Shown here piece by piece: positions 38,451 to 48,690 of a DNA stretch of 64,000 nt. The DNA is from a virus (taxonomy: Duplodnaviria; Caudoviricetes). The stretch lies in IMG/VR virus record IMGVR_UViG_2914150438_000002, positions 11,170 to 75,169 of that record. One strand, written 5' to 3'. Within the stretch, counting starts at the first letter, position 1; each line of letters opens with the position of its first letter. Both the position numbers and the translations under genes were made by a program. The notes beneath the pieces are model-generated. The model did not search any database. It saw only the letters and a program-made list of their open reading frames with translations, and had not been told where the DNA came from.

Positions 38451-38467
38451 TCCCTCTCTCTCCGCCA
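38451..38467 (+). other. Probable attR core: duplicated 3' end of a tRNA-Ser
   Basis: TCCCTCTCTCTCCGCCA matches the T-stem/acceptor/CCA end typical of tRNA-Ser; no full tRNA upstream. Confidence 0.75.
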
Positions 38468-38551
38468 GTTTTTAAGCGTAAAAGGCAGATTTGCATTAAG
38501 TTGGGTCAACACCAAAGGTTGTGGAATAGGTTGATTTTTTAGATTTGCCTT

Positions 38552-39733
38552 TCATAGATTCACCCCGCATTCCACGAGGACTCTCAGTCTGTAATTTTCA
38601 AAGTTTCTGTATCCATAGGCTCTGCGTTGTATCAACTTCATCTTGCGGTGGAAGCCTTCCGTAATTCCGTTATTTTTTGTAAATCTCCACATTCTTATTA
38701 TCGGCGCAAACCATTCGCTTATCGTTTCCGCAAGCTTCCCAAACTCTGTCGGCGCTTCGTATTTCATTATCTTCATCATTTCCTTTAACTTTCTTATGTT
38801 ATCCCTGCATTGCTTTGCCGTCTGACTCTTTTTATTCAATAGCCCGCATAATCGCTCCTTAAATTCGTACGCAAGCTCTATTGCCGGATTTCCCCTAAAA
38901 AAGCTTTTAAGCCGCTCCATCTCTTGCGCTTTTAGCCTCTCTCTCCTTTTCCGCAAAGGATAAGTAATCGATCTCTTCCACTTTACTTCTTCCTGCGCAC
39001 TCTTGCAAAATTCCATAAAGTGGTGGAGCACTAATCGTATCACATGAAACCTATCCGCTACTATCTTCGCCCTCGGAAAACATCTCCTTACGATACTTCG
39101 ATATCCGCTCGATAAATCCATGCACACTACCTTCACATTTTCCCTGCCTTTGTACGACATTAGCGCGCCTGCTATATCGATATGTCTCTTCCCTTTAATA
39201 ACATCGTATACCCTGTGGTGCGATAAGTCGGCTATCGTAGTCGCAAACTTGTAACCCTTGTGGATTGTGTGCTCGTCTATTCCTATAATTTCAGGACAAG
39301 GATAGTTGATTTGCTCTTTGAGCTTTTGCTCGTACCTACTGTGGATTGCCCGCTCAACCGTGCTTGCAGATATGCGGTAAATCCGAGCAATAGCCTTATT
39401 GCAAACGTTCCGAGCGTATTCACTTACGAGCCTGTTTTTGAACCTCTCCGAGTGACGAGCGTAAGGCCTTACTCCCTCAAGCCTTTCGCGAAAGACCCTT
39501 CCGCAATCGAGACACTTGTAACGCTTGCATTTTACCTTGAGATGATAAATAGCTCCGTTTTCAGATACGTGCTTAATATAACGCCGGTAGGAATCGTAAT
39601 GAATCAAACGATGCGACCCGCATAAGCAGTCGGGTATACCCGACTGCTTATGCTCAACTTCCGCAAGCGAAAAGTCTTGACCAACTCTTACTGTCCTGAG
39701 TATCTTGTAACCCTTGATTAACACATTGGGCAT
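38552..39733 (-). mobile_element. ISL3-family transposase
   Basis: Zn finger CLCG...CLDC, IGIDEH, VVCMDLSSGY, IVADRFHV, TEGFHRKMKLIQRRAYGYRNFENYR. Element ends not confidently delimited. Confidence 0.93.
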
Positions 39734-40033
39734 TGTAGAACATTTTTTATTCTCTTTGCCCTCTTTTTTTTCTCCCATTCCACAATCTTTGACGTAGAGC
39801 GTTTTTATTGTCTAACACCATTGCAGCGAAAAATGCCCATTTTTTTGAATTTTAAACTCAAGCTTTTCTCTAAAAAAGGCCGATTTTGGGAAAATGTGTT
39901 AGACAATTTCCAGCAATTTTTGCCCTTAAAAAACCTTCATTTTTAGCCTCAAAACAGGCCTGAAAAGTGCCTTAAAAAACGCCGCTTTTTACCCGCCGTT
40001 TCGATCATTTTTTAAATGGGTGTTATACACTCT

Positions 40034-40492
40034 CTATCTGTGCCAAATAGCGCCAATTCGACTCAAATAACCTCTTATTTTGAAAGAAAATGGCGAAGGG
40101 AGAGCTGCGATTCTTAGGGCGTAAACTTTTGCGATTGCGTCTATGACTTGGGGGCACTCCGTTCTTATCGCAATTTCGTACGGCACAAAGTCTCCGCTTT
40201 CAAGGCACCCTGCAAGTATCCTATGCAGTTCAAGATGTTTTCCCTGTGAGCATTTTATCCTGAGTGTTCCCCTCCCATACCTTCCAAATACCGGAAATAA
40301 ATCCCAAAAATATACATGGTGGGTATGGTAGTTTTTAGCGCCCAGGCTAATTCCATCAAGTGCCATAGTACCGCAAGGCAAAAGCAAGCCTTTGTCAATT
40401 TCGCATTCAAGGGAAACTTTCTTAAGGTAGTCGTCCAAGGGATTGTTTACATCCCTTGGATTTAAGTGTTTTCTAAAACTTTTCTGCCTCAT
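40034..40492 (-). CDS. Hypothetical protein
   Basis: 152-aa ORF, TAAATG-coupled to the upstream small ORF. Confidence 0.55.
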   Translation of the reverse strand: MRQKSFRKHLNPRDVNNPLDDYLKKVSLECEIDKGLLLPCGTMALDGISLGAKNYHTHHVYFWDLFPVFGRYGRGTLRIKCSQGKHLELHRILAGCLESGDFVPYEIAIRTECPQVIDAIAKVYALRIAALPSPFSFKIRGYLSRIGAIWHR

Positions 40493-40648
40493 TTAGTTGC
40501 CCAACTTTTCGATTTCCCTTGCGGTTAACATCTTCCCCAAGTGCTTTAAGGGAATTTGCGAATATATCTCCCATATATCGCAGGCGCGCCTTGTGGTGCG
40601 TTTGCGGCGGTTAAGTCTTGCTAAAATCTTTTTATTTTCCTTCGTCAT
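40493..40648 (-). CDS. Small basic protein (51 aa, below the ORF-track cutoff)
   Basis: MTKENKKILARLNRRKRTTRRACDIWEIYSQIPLKHLGKMLTAREIEKLGN; fills the gap between two minus-strand genes. Confidence 0.45.
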   Translation of the reverse strand: MTKENKKILARLNRRKRTTRRACDIWEIYSQIPLKHLGKMLTAREIEKLGN

Positions 40649-40663
40649 AAATAATGTTCCTTT

Positions 40664-42250
40664 CTATTTAGTTTCATTAGAGTCCAAACCATTGGGCTCT
40701 TCACTTTCTTTGCATTTTGAGGATAAAATTTTCCGCCTTTGCCGAATCTTCTCGTCCAGTATAAACTCAAAGAGATTTGGCTTCTTTTCTTTTGCCAAAG
40801 TTTCCAGCTCATCTGCGGATTTGCTATCTGCAAGTTCTATAAACGAGGCGAATCCTTGCCGCGCGTAATAGCGCCTTGCGTCTAAACTGAGCTTCAAATA
40901 GAGCTCTGCCGCCTTGTTGCATTTGGCCTGCTCCAATTCTCCAACGGTGACGTTAAATGAAAGCTTAAGGCCCATTGCCTTGTTTGCAAAATATACGGCT
41001 CTGCTGTCTCTATAATCTATGCAGTGCGATATATCCCACTTCTCATAGCCGAACACCTTTGAGTAGTCCTTTTCATTTCCCTTAAGAATAAAGTTTGTAA
41101 AGTGCCACATGAGGTTTTCAGGCGTGACGTTCTCAGGCTCTGGAAAGGTTTTTATGAGATTGTCCAGATATGCTATCGCCTTGCCATGCTGGGCGAGTAT
41201 TAAAAAATTCCACTCAAATTCAAAGTACGCGCTTTCCCAGAGCTTGCATATAAAGCGCCGCCTCTCATGGGTCTTTGCCAATTTAAGTATTCCCCAAATA
41301 AGCCTTACATAAGGAAACTCTTCTATATTCGCCTTTTGGCAGACTAATTTTGTTATGGCTTCAGATATGTCCCTACCGCCTCTGAAAAACGCCAATGTAT
41401 CCTCATAGTCGTTACCGAAAAACAAGATTAGCGAGCCTTGATCAAGCACAGATAAAGGTGGCTTTTCTTTAACATCATTAGGCCATGTTTTGAAAGTAAT
41501 GCGCTTCCAAATTTGCTTTGGAAGCCCAAAGGGGTGGTCTTTAATATATTTTTCAATCGTAGATTCGGTTAGAGTTTCAGGAAAATCTAAAAATTCCTCC
41601 ACAGACTTTTCCGATGAATAGAAAAAGTAGCGCCGCTTTTCCTCGGACAATCCCATCAGAAAGTTTCGGTACTTCACATATTGCAGAGTGTTATTAAGCC
41701 CATTGCCTTCCGCCTCTTGAATTAGCTCCAATTTTAGCGGAGACTTTTCCATCGCAAGATAGGCAGGATAAATCGAAAAGCCCGTGTATTTAAGGTAATC
41801 AATAGAACTTTCGGCAGCCACCTTCTTTTGCTGTGCTGTGCTTAGATAGGCGTTATAAATGTAAAGCGAGATAGCCGGATCATTGGAAAAATTTATCCCC
41901 CACTTGCATTCGTAGATAAAACGCCTCAAATATCCCGCGCGGATATGTGAAAAGTCCATTTCAAGCGAATCTAAGTCAAGCCCGGAACAAACCCGAAAAC
42001 TATTTTCTAAAATAGCAATGTCGCTCTTATCGAATAGATAGATTTCATTGGCAAGTTCCGGGCCAAATTCCGCCTTGATTGCTTCATAGACCCTCGCAAG
42101 CGCAAGCTCTTTAAAATAAGACTTTGGACTTTTTATGTGCTTTTTTAATTCAGGCCAAACGCTTACGGCCTTTTCATAGCTTGGCGCAATCGGCCCCTTA
42201 AGAAGCCTCTTGCGGATTAACGTGTTCGTTATAATTTCTGAATCTGTCAT
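40664..42250 (-). CDS. Hypothetical protein (528 aa)
   Basis: Long ORF with AAAGGG ribosome-binding site; no motif recognised. Confidence 0.75.
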   Translation of the reverse strand: MTDSEIITNTLIRKRLLKGPIAPSYEKAVSVWPELKKHIKSPKSYFKELALARVYEAIKAEFGPELANEIYLFDKSDIAILENSFRVCSGLDLDSLEMDFSHIRAGYLRRFIYECKWGINFSNDPAISLYIYNAYLSTAQQKKVAAESSIDYLKYTGFSIYPAYLAMEKSPLKLELIQEAEGNGLNNTLQYVKYRNFLMGLSEEKRRYFFYSSEKSVEEFLDFPETLTESTIEKYIKDHPFGLPKQIWKRITFKTWPNDVKEKPPLSVLDQGSLILFFGNDYEDTLAFFRGGRDISEAITKLVCQKANIEEFPYVRLIWGILKLAKTHERRRFICKLWESAYFEFEWNFLILAQHGKAIAYLDNLIKTFPEPENVTPENLMWHFTNFILKGNEKDYSKVFGYEKWDISHCIDYRDSRAVYFANKAMGLKLSFNVTVGELEQAKCNKAAELYLKLSLDARRYYARQGFASFIELADSKSADELETLAKEKKPNLFEFILDEKIRQRRKILSSKCKESEEPNGLDSNETK

Positions 42251-42410
42251 TTTTACCCTTTCTATTTTTTCTTAGAAGCCCACCGCAGGCTCCCTTCATT
42301 TTTTAGTTTTTCAGGGTAAAAATTTTCCTTTTTACAGAATGAGATGATTGTTTCAGAAAAAAATATAAACTCTGCGTAATAAGCCTTGTAGCATTGAGAC
42401 TCAAAATTCA

Positions 42411-43451
42411 TCAGTTTAACGAAAGGGCTTCAGATGTAATATTCCGTCCCAATGACTCAAAAAACGCCTTTGCGTCGGACTTCTTTATTCCAACCATATT
42501 CACATATCGGGAACGCAAGAGCGATAGGTCTCTATGCCCCATGTTTAGCTGCAATCGCGGCAAGTCTCTAAACCGTTTGGCAAAATAGCTTGCGTAGGTA
42601 TGCCGCAAAACGTCTTGAACCCAAGTACCCTTAAAGCCCGATTCTTCACGGATATTCTTCCACTTCCTTCGCCAGTTTGGTGGGCATATAACGGACTCGT
42701 CATCGCTTTTATATTTTGCTAAAATCTGTTTTAGACTTGGGACTATTTCCACATGTCGTACGCCTCCTGTTTTAGAACATTGGGAACGCACAGTGATAAA
42801 ACCTTCTTTCAAGTCTATATCTTTCCATTTTAGGCGCCGCACTTCTCTGGGGCGAATCCCCGCAAATAACAAGAGTCCAACCGCAGGCAGGCAGTTGCTA
42901 TTTTTTTGAACTTTTGCACTTTTTAAGAGAGACTCCGCCTGCGTATGGGTTAGCGGGATTATTTCCTTTTCAACGACCTTGCGTTTTTCAATAAGCTTTA
43001 TTGGGTTTTTATCGCACCATTCGCGCTTGAGGGCGAATTCAAATAGCCCATAGAGCATTGTGCGCGCCTTGTTGAACTGGCTTGGTGTCTTAAAAGTGGA
43101 AGAAAGGCACTGTTCACAGTCTCCGGCTTTTATTTCAGAAAAATAGGCTCCTCCAAGTTTTGGATTGGAATTTATTAGGCGGTTTCCCAAATAACGTATG
43201 TCTTTTAAAGAGTCCGGACGCAAATCGCGCTTAGTTTCAAGATATAGCAGAAACCCGTCTTTGATAGACCTCTCTTCATTGCGGATATGCCTAAGGCCAG
43301 TCGATATGACTTTGGCGCAAAATTGTAGTGGGGTTAAGCCGGACTCTTTTGAAAACGAGTCTAACGCGTTTCGTATTAGTCTTGCCGCGTCAAGTAGTGT
43401 AACTCCACGTTCGTTAAGTAGCGTTAAAGCTGATTGAGTGTTTTTGTCCAT
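42411..43451 (-). CDS. Tyrosine recombinase/integrase (second)
   Basis: LFAGIRPREV, SKTGGVR, VLRHTYASY, NMGH and LRSRY motifs. Confidence 0.9.
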   Translation of the reverse strand: MDKNTQSALTLLNERGVTLLDAARLIRNALDSFSKESGLTPLQFCAKVISTGLRHIRNEERSIKDGFLLYLETKRDLRPDSLKDIRYLGNRLINSNPKLGGAYFSEIKAGDCEQCLSSTFKTPSQFNKARTMLYGLFEFALKREWCDKNPIKLIEKRKVVEKEIIPLTHTQAESLLKSAKVQKNSNCLPAVGLLLFAGIRPREVRRLKWKDIDLKEGFITVRSQCSKTGGVRHVEIVPSLKQILAKYKSDDESVICPPNWRRKWKNIREESGFKGTWVQDVLRHTYASYFAKRFRDLPRLQLNMGHRDLSLLRSRYVNMVGIKKSDAKAFFESLGRNITSEALSLN

Positions 43452-43686
43452 GGTATTAAGAATACGTATGTCAACATAAAAATTTCTTAACCCGTTTGTC
43501 TTTGTGGAGTTATTTCTCAATAAAGCGATTTTTACTACATCTCATTAAATTGTATTTTATTTAAAATATATCATTACTTTCTTTGAATCAAGATATTATA
43601 ATTTTACACTGCGCGTGGTATTCTTAATACCATAGACATATTAGCAACAAGCACAAGAATATTAAATTATTTTTGAGTTGGATATT

Positions 43687-44943
43687 ATGAAAACGACAAC
43701 CATATTATTATTAGCAACTATAACTTCAGCGTTATCGCTTTCAGCGCAAACTCTGGATGATATCACATATAGCGGCGATACTTTGCCTGGACAAAATTAC
43801 AGCTCGTATGTGATGAATAATGTAACATTTGAAAATTCGGATATACACGATTCGAATTTTTCTAACGCCACTTTGAATAACTTCACAATATTCGTAACCG
43901 AAGACAGCGGTTTAAGCAATTTGGATACTGAACGTTATTTTGCAAATCTGGATTTCTCAAGTTCCGTTTGGACTGGCGGAAAAATTTCCGGTTTAACTAG
44001 TAAAACTACCTCGTCACAAATTTATGAAGTATTTGTACCTGTCGTACTAAAAAATGTAAATTTTTCAGGGGCAACCTTAAGCGGGGTTGAGTTCTCTAGC
44101 ATAGATTCCATTAAGGGTAGCACGAATTTCAAAGGTGCAAACCTCAGCGGGTCGAGTTTTTATCGTGTTGATGTTCGGGAAGCGGATAGCAGCCTGTTTG
44201 AAGACGCAACTATAAACGGCGTTTTATTCAACCAAGTTGGCGGTTTAAACGGAAAAATATTGGAAAAAACCGGAAGCTACAAAAAAGGAGATTTATCCGG
44301 CCTTTTAATTAGCGGTTATGCCTCTTCTCATACGGATCTTTCGGGTATGGATTTTAGCGGGATGAATTTGCAGGGTATGGGGGCTACTTTTGTCAACCTC
44401 AGTAATGCAAACTTTACCGGAGCCGATTTGCGTGACAGTGTATCATTTCTCACGGATACAAGCGGCGCCATTTACAAAAACACTATAATGTCCAATGGCG
44501 AAATAAACAACATAACCTTTAATTCAGAAAGCGATGTGCTTGTTGTGAGAGACTATAAAACCAATGCAAAGATTGCCGAAAACGCCGAATTATCCGCTGG
44601 TTCCATAGAACTTTTGGACGGTGCAAAGTTGGAAGTCATGGACGACGTAACTGTGACAATTTCAGACGAGCTGTCCATAAGTTTTGACGGAGAAATATCC
44701 GGTGTGAACGATATATTGTTGATGGGGGATAACTCTACCATAGTAATGGCAGGCTATGAAAGTAATGAAGAAGCGCAGGCAGCCTTTATCGGATTGTTTA
44801 AAGATTCCGAAGGCAACAGTGTTGATTGGGCTCCGGAATCTGTCGCTTCTTTCGTAACGGCAGCTATTCCCGAACCATCTACTTATGCGGCAATATTCGG
44901 AGCTTTAGCGATAGCCTTTGCGGCATACCGTAGAAGGAAGTAG
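43687..44943 (+). CDS. Pentapeptide-repeat protein with signal peptide and PEP-CTERM sorting domain
   Basis: MKTTTILLLATITSALSLSAQ signal; NFSNA/FSGATL/FKGANL/FTGADL repeats; IPEPSTYAAIFGALAIAFAAYRRRK tail. Confidence 0.88.
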   Translation: MKTTTILLLATITSALSLSAQTLDDITYSGDTLPGQNYSSYVMNNVTFENSDIHDSNFSNATLNNFTIFVTEDSGLSNLDTERYFANLDFSSSVWTGGKISGLTSKTTSSQIYEVFVPVVLKNVNFSGATLSGVEFSSIDSIKGSTNFKGANLSGSSFYRVDVREADSSLFEDATINGVLFNQVGGLNGKILEKTGSYKKGDLSGLLISGYASSHTDLSGMDFSGMNLQGMGATFVNLSNANFTGADLRDSVSFLTDTSGAIYKNTIMSNGEINNITFNSESDVLVVRDYKTNAKIAENAELSAGSIELLDGAKLEVMDDVTVTISDELSISFDGEISGVNDILLMGDNSTIVMAGYESNEEAQAAFIGLFKDSEGNSVDWAPESVASFVTAAIPEPSTYAAIFGALAIAFAAYRRRK

Positions 44944-44968
44944 CACGTAATTGCAGATAATTTCTTCG

Positions 44969-45000
44969 GAGCTTCTCTGTTGGGAAGCTCTTTTTATTTT
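44969..45000 (+). terminator. Rho-independent terminator
   Basis: GAGCTTC-N8-GAAGCTC followed by a T-rich tract. Confidence 0.7.
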
Positions 45001-45036
45001 TATTTATTTTTCTGATCGTTAGTACGGTAAATTCAT

Positions 45037-46449
45037 CTACCGTTCTTCTGTAAAATCGTACAGTGATACGGCGTTTGCGGCTGTGCGGAGCTTGTCCATG
45101 CAGTTGCGGAGGGGATCGCTATTTTCGGGCTGTTGGGAGTTAGGAGATTTTATAAAAAGCCTTTCAAGTTGAACCGGGCTTTTGGTCTTAAAGCCGTTTG
45201 CAAGCTTTATTACAGCGTATCCCGTAGGGAACTCCTCCACGTTAAGCGGTACCTTTTCCAAACCGTTTGGAAAGAAACCAACACTACTGCCCGCAGAAAA
45301 AAGATCCATTTCGTCAACAAGCGCCTTTACCTCCCTTTCCTCAGAGCGGAATATAAAGCGGTTATTAAAATTTAGCATCAGCTGTTCGCGGTTTGCCCCG
45401 CCAACTGCCATATCAAGCGAGACTAGCCCCTGGGTGGCAGCCACTACAAAGCCGCCCTTGCTTCTAATCGTTTGCAAATTTACTCCGTCTCCAAAACGGC
45501 CGCAACTTGCTACGAGTGGGTATTCGTCCATTATTATCCCTGCAAGCCTGTTAAAATTTTGCCGCTTTTGTATCGCCCTGTAATAGCCTCCCTTTAGAAG
45601 CTTTGCCACAACTGCCGCCGAAAATCCGTCAACGCAGGCAGGAAAGCTTACTACCGCGATTTTTCCGCCTTCAACAAGCCTGTCTAAGTCAAGCCTATGC
45701 TTGCCAATCTTACTCAATAATCCTTCAACAGATGGGTTCGTAAAGGCGCTTAGCAGGTTGGATATTGTGCTTGTCTCATTTGACTTTGTACGGCTATCAA
45801 GGCTCTGCCACTCCAAGAACACCCCTCTTAGCCTTTCTAGCCTGCGCTTTAAAATTTCGTACTCTATGCGATGTTCGCGGGTTTTGCTTAGTATGTCTTC
45901 TATTGCCAATTCAAATTTGCCAATTTCGTACAATAGCTCATTCGTGTGGCTTAAAAAATTAAAAATTTCATTTAAAAAATTTTCAAAACATGGGGTGTCA
46001 TACTTGAATAGTACATATTCCAGCACGCATGTTATGCGCTTTCGCAAAGCGTGCTGCCAGTAGCGCTCCCCCTCTTCGGGAACTACTTCCAATATGCCTT
46101 CCGCAAATTGAGACAGCTTTTTTAGGGAGTCAAAGCCACAGAGTGGGTCATAGTAAAATTGCCCTTCGGGAGCGAAGTCTAAGATGTCCTTATCCCTGCC
46201 GCACTCATTAGCCCAAGTTCTTATTTTTCCCAAAGTGCCGTCGCCTTTAAAATCAAATACGATTAGGGCGATTTTCCGCTCTTTGTCATATGCCTTATAG
46301 CGGATTAAGTCACGCAAGAGCACATTGCAGGTAGATGTCTTTCCGCTGCCCGTTGAGCCTATAAAAATCGTGTGCTTGCAAAGCACATCTTCGGAGATCT
46401 CCACAACTCCGCTCTTAAAGCCAATCCTTGCGACTATTTCGTCTTTCAT
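45037..46449 (-). CDS. Type IV coupling-protein-like ATPase (TraD/TraG/VirD4 C-terminal type)
   Basis: Walker A IGSTGSGKT, DFKGD, IMDEYP and RSKGGFVVAATQ; no N-terminal transmembrane segment seen. Confidence 0.75.
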   Translation of the reverse strand: MKDEIVARIGFKSGVVEISEDVLCKHTIFIGSTGSGKTSTCNVLLRDLIRYKAYDKERKIALIVFDFKGDGTLGKIRTWANECGRDKDILDFAPEGQFYYDPLCGFDSLKKLSQFAEGILEVVPEEGERYWQHALRKRITCVLEYVLFKYDTPCFENFLNEIFNFLSHTNELLYEIGKFELAIEDILSKTREHRIEYEILKRRLERLRGVFLEWQSLDSRTKSNETSTISNLLSAFTNPSVEGLLSKIGKHRLDLDRLVEGGKIAVVSFPACVDGFSAAVVAKLLKGGYYRAIQKRQNFNRLAGIIMDEYPLVASCGRFGDGVNLQTIRSKGGFVVAATQGLVSLDMAVGGANREQLMLNFNNRFIFRSEEREVKALVDEMDLFSAGSSVGFFPNGLEKVPLNVEEFPTGYAVIKLANGFKTKSPVQLERLFIKSPNSQQPENSDPLRNCMDKLRTAANAVSLYDFTEER

Positions 46450-46480
46450 AAAAAGACGTATCAAGCGCTCAAAATTTTCA

Positions 46481-48463
46481 CTAATTTTTGCTTGAGGGAT
46501 AGACCCTTTTATTCAAGCGCTCTTTTAGCATGTTTAGTTGTAATCGGGCTGGAACATTTGCCACGTTTTCAAGGAATCTAAAGCTAAATTTTTGTATGTC
46601 CTCCACGTATCTTAGCCGCTTCAAAAAGTTTGTCGCTTCAAGTGACAGCCCTTCCAATAGGCGCTTTTCGCGCCACAGCATGCCGTGCTTTATGTCCAAG
46701 TTCTTCGCCATTTTTCTAAGCGATAAATTATTTTTTCGCATTTCCTCCAAGCGCGATATCGCGCTATGTATAAAATGCCTTCCCCTAGGGCCAGCCTTCT
46801 TCTCATTGACTTTTACCCAAGTAGCGCAGGTAAGCTTAAAGGGAGATGTTATTTCCCAAAGCCCCAAGCCGCGGCTATTATTTATATTGAACTCTATTTG
46901 AAGAAAGTCTCCCAAGACCTTCGCGTATTCCTCCGTTGGATAGATTTTAAGCACACAGTTTCTCTTGATTGATTTTGTGCTGTCGCAGCAAATAACAAGC
47001 TTCTTTATGCATGCCTCCACAAGTTTTGACTTTTCTTCAAAAGTAAGCTCCTCGTGTATGCCCTCGTAGTTTTCCAAGGCGGATTCAATCTGTAATTTGC
47101 CCATATCGAACTTCTCATGAAGTGCGGAAAGCTCCTTTTCTACTTCCCTTAACCGCTCTTCGCGCAATTTCAAATCTTGCGCCTTCTTCCGCAAAATTTC
47201 CTTTGACGAGTTTTTTAATATATCGTCATCTCCCAATTCCCCAAATCGCTCAAGCGCCCTATCTATTTCAAGTTTAAGGTGCTTGATGCCGCAATTTAGC
47301 TCCGCTTCCTCTTTAATAAGACTTTCCCTGTAGGTTTCCGTAGAAGATTCAACGTCCTTTGCGCTCAGTCCCCTTGAGCCCACATACGCGAGCGCCGAAA
47401 GTAGCACATTGTCCAATATGCGCATCGCTATTTGTGTCTTGCAGCCGCAATTTGAGCGGTTGTGGATCTTGCGCGTGCAAGTGTAATAGTAATAATTGCT
47501 GCCGTCTTTGTGCTTATTGCCGCTCCAAGTGACTGTCATATGGGCGCCGCATGTGCAAAAAAGTTTCCCCTTTAAAAGGTAATCCTTGCGCCTTTTGATT
47601 TCCGGACAATCCCGCTTGCCCCTGTTTTCCTCAAGCTTCCTCTGGGCGGCTTTCCAGGTATCTTCGGATATAATCGCCTTGTGCCTGCCTTTAAATAGTT
47701 CAAGCCCCTTGGTCCTTCTAAATACAAAACCCGCATAGGTCGGATTTGCCAAAATCTTTCTTATTATGTTCTCACTATATGGCTTTGCCTTAAAAACTTT
47801 GCCGCAGCGCAACTTTCTCGGCGGAACGCAAATGCCCGCATCGCTAAATTCATTCGATATTTGGCTAGGTTTTTTGCCCAATAAAAAATCTTCAAAAATC
47901 TTTTTTATGTGAGGAGCGCAATTCTTGTCCACTACTATTGTCTTTGACTTGCGTCCGCTCAGATACCCTATCGGCGGCAATCCCGAAACATGGTAGCCCT
48001 GCTTTAAGGTTTGGTACATCTTGTCCCTGACTCGCTGGGAGGACTGCATGCGCTCAAAGCTTGCGCTTGCTATCTTTATGTCCTTTACGTATTCGCCAGA
48101 CGGAGTGTCGTCGGTATTGAGGTCGTTCGTGTAAATGATTTTTACATTAAAATCGTTCAGTATCCGCTCAAATTCATAGTAGCTGAACTTCTCCCTCGTG
48201 ATTCGGTCAAGGCGGTAGCTTACAACGTAGCTTATCCCTCCAGCTTTTATGCGCCTTACCATATCCTTGATCGCGGGGCGGTTCATATTCTTAGCGCTCT
48301 TTGCGCGGTCTATAAAAATTTCCTCCAGCTCAAGTTCCGGCCGCGACTCAACGTAATCCTTTATTATCTGGATCTGCGAGTCTATTGAAGTGTAGTCTAT
48401 GTTCGCTAGCTGGTTTGCCGTTGACACCCTGGCATAACCAACAACTTTTTTCTTTTCCGTCAT
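46481..48463 (-). CDS. Large serine recombinase
   Basis: GYARVST (catalytic Ser), RPA, YRLDRITR, PPIGY recombinase domain, Zn ribbon LKGKLFCTCG...YYTC, coiled coil. Confidence 0.92.
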   Translation of the reverse strand: MTEKKKVVGYARVSTANQLANIDYTSIDSQIQIIKDYVESRPELELEEIFIDRAKSAKNMNRPAIKDMVRRIKAGGISYVVSYRLDRITREKFSYYEFERILNDFNVKIIYTNDLNTDDTPSGEYVKDIKIASASFERMQSSQRVRDKMYQTLKQGYHVSGLPPIGYLSGRKSKTIVVDKNCAPHIKKIFEDFLLGKKPSQISNEFSDAGICVPPRKLRCGKVFKAKPYSENIIRKILANPTYAGFVFRRTKGLELFKGRHKAIISEDTWKAAQRKLEENRGKRDCPEIKRRKDYLLKGKLFCTCGAHMTVTWSGNKHKDGSNYYYYTCTRKIHNRSNCGCKTQIAMRILDNVLLSALAYVGSRGLSAKDVESSTETYRESLIKEEAELNCGIKHLKLEIDRALERFGELGDDDILKNSSKEILRKKAQDLKLREERLREVEKELSALHEKFDMGKLQIESALENYEGIHEELTFEEKSKLVEACIKKLVICCDSTKSIKRNCVLKIYPTEEYAKVLGDFLQIEFNINNSRGLGLWEITSPFKLTCATWVKVNEKKAGPRGRHFIHSAISRLEEMRKNNLSLRKMAKNLDIKHGMLWREKRLLEGLSLEATNFLKRLRYVEDIQKFSFRFLENVANVPARLQLNMLKERLNKRVYPSSKN

Positions 48464-48690
48464 GGCCTGCCTTTCTTCGCGTCAAAATTTTCCGAAGGTT
48501 TTTTCTCCGATTCCAATGGCTCTTTGTACTTGCGGGCTTGGCGGTACCTCGTGGAGCGGCTGCCGCTTAGGTGCGCTGCGGGATTCTGAAGCCGGCTTAT
48601 GCGTATGCCCCTCCGCAATATCCCGCGCACTATCGTCTCTCTTAGCAAATTTTCCATATCTTTTGCTACTGCCGATTAAAATTTCCCCCG

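Larger units (their letters stand above)
1..38467 (+). mobile_element. Temperate siphovirus-like prophage (left end/attL outside the window)
   Basis: Integrase at the left edge, followed by replication, packaging, head, tail and holin-like modules in canonical order. Ends at a tRNA-Ser 3'-end duplicate (TCCCTCTCTCTCCGCCA, 38451-38467). Confidence 0.92.

Noticed and set aside
38490-40030. Exact terminal inverted repeats and target duplication of the ISL3 element
   Set aside because: Only partial AACAC similarities were found and no convincing duplication, so ends were not called.
46161-46170. GCCCTTCGGG matching the mini-element core
   Set aside because: Only 10 bp match, flanks are absent, and it lies in normal codons (FAPEGQ) of the ATPase.
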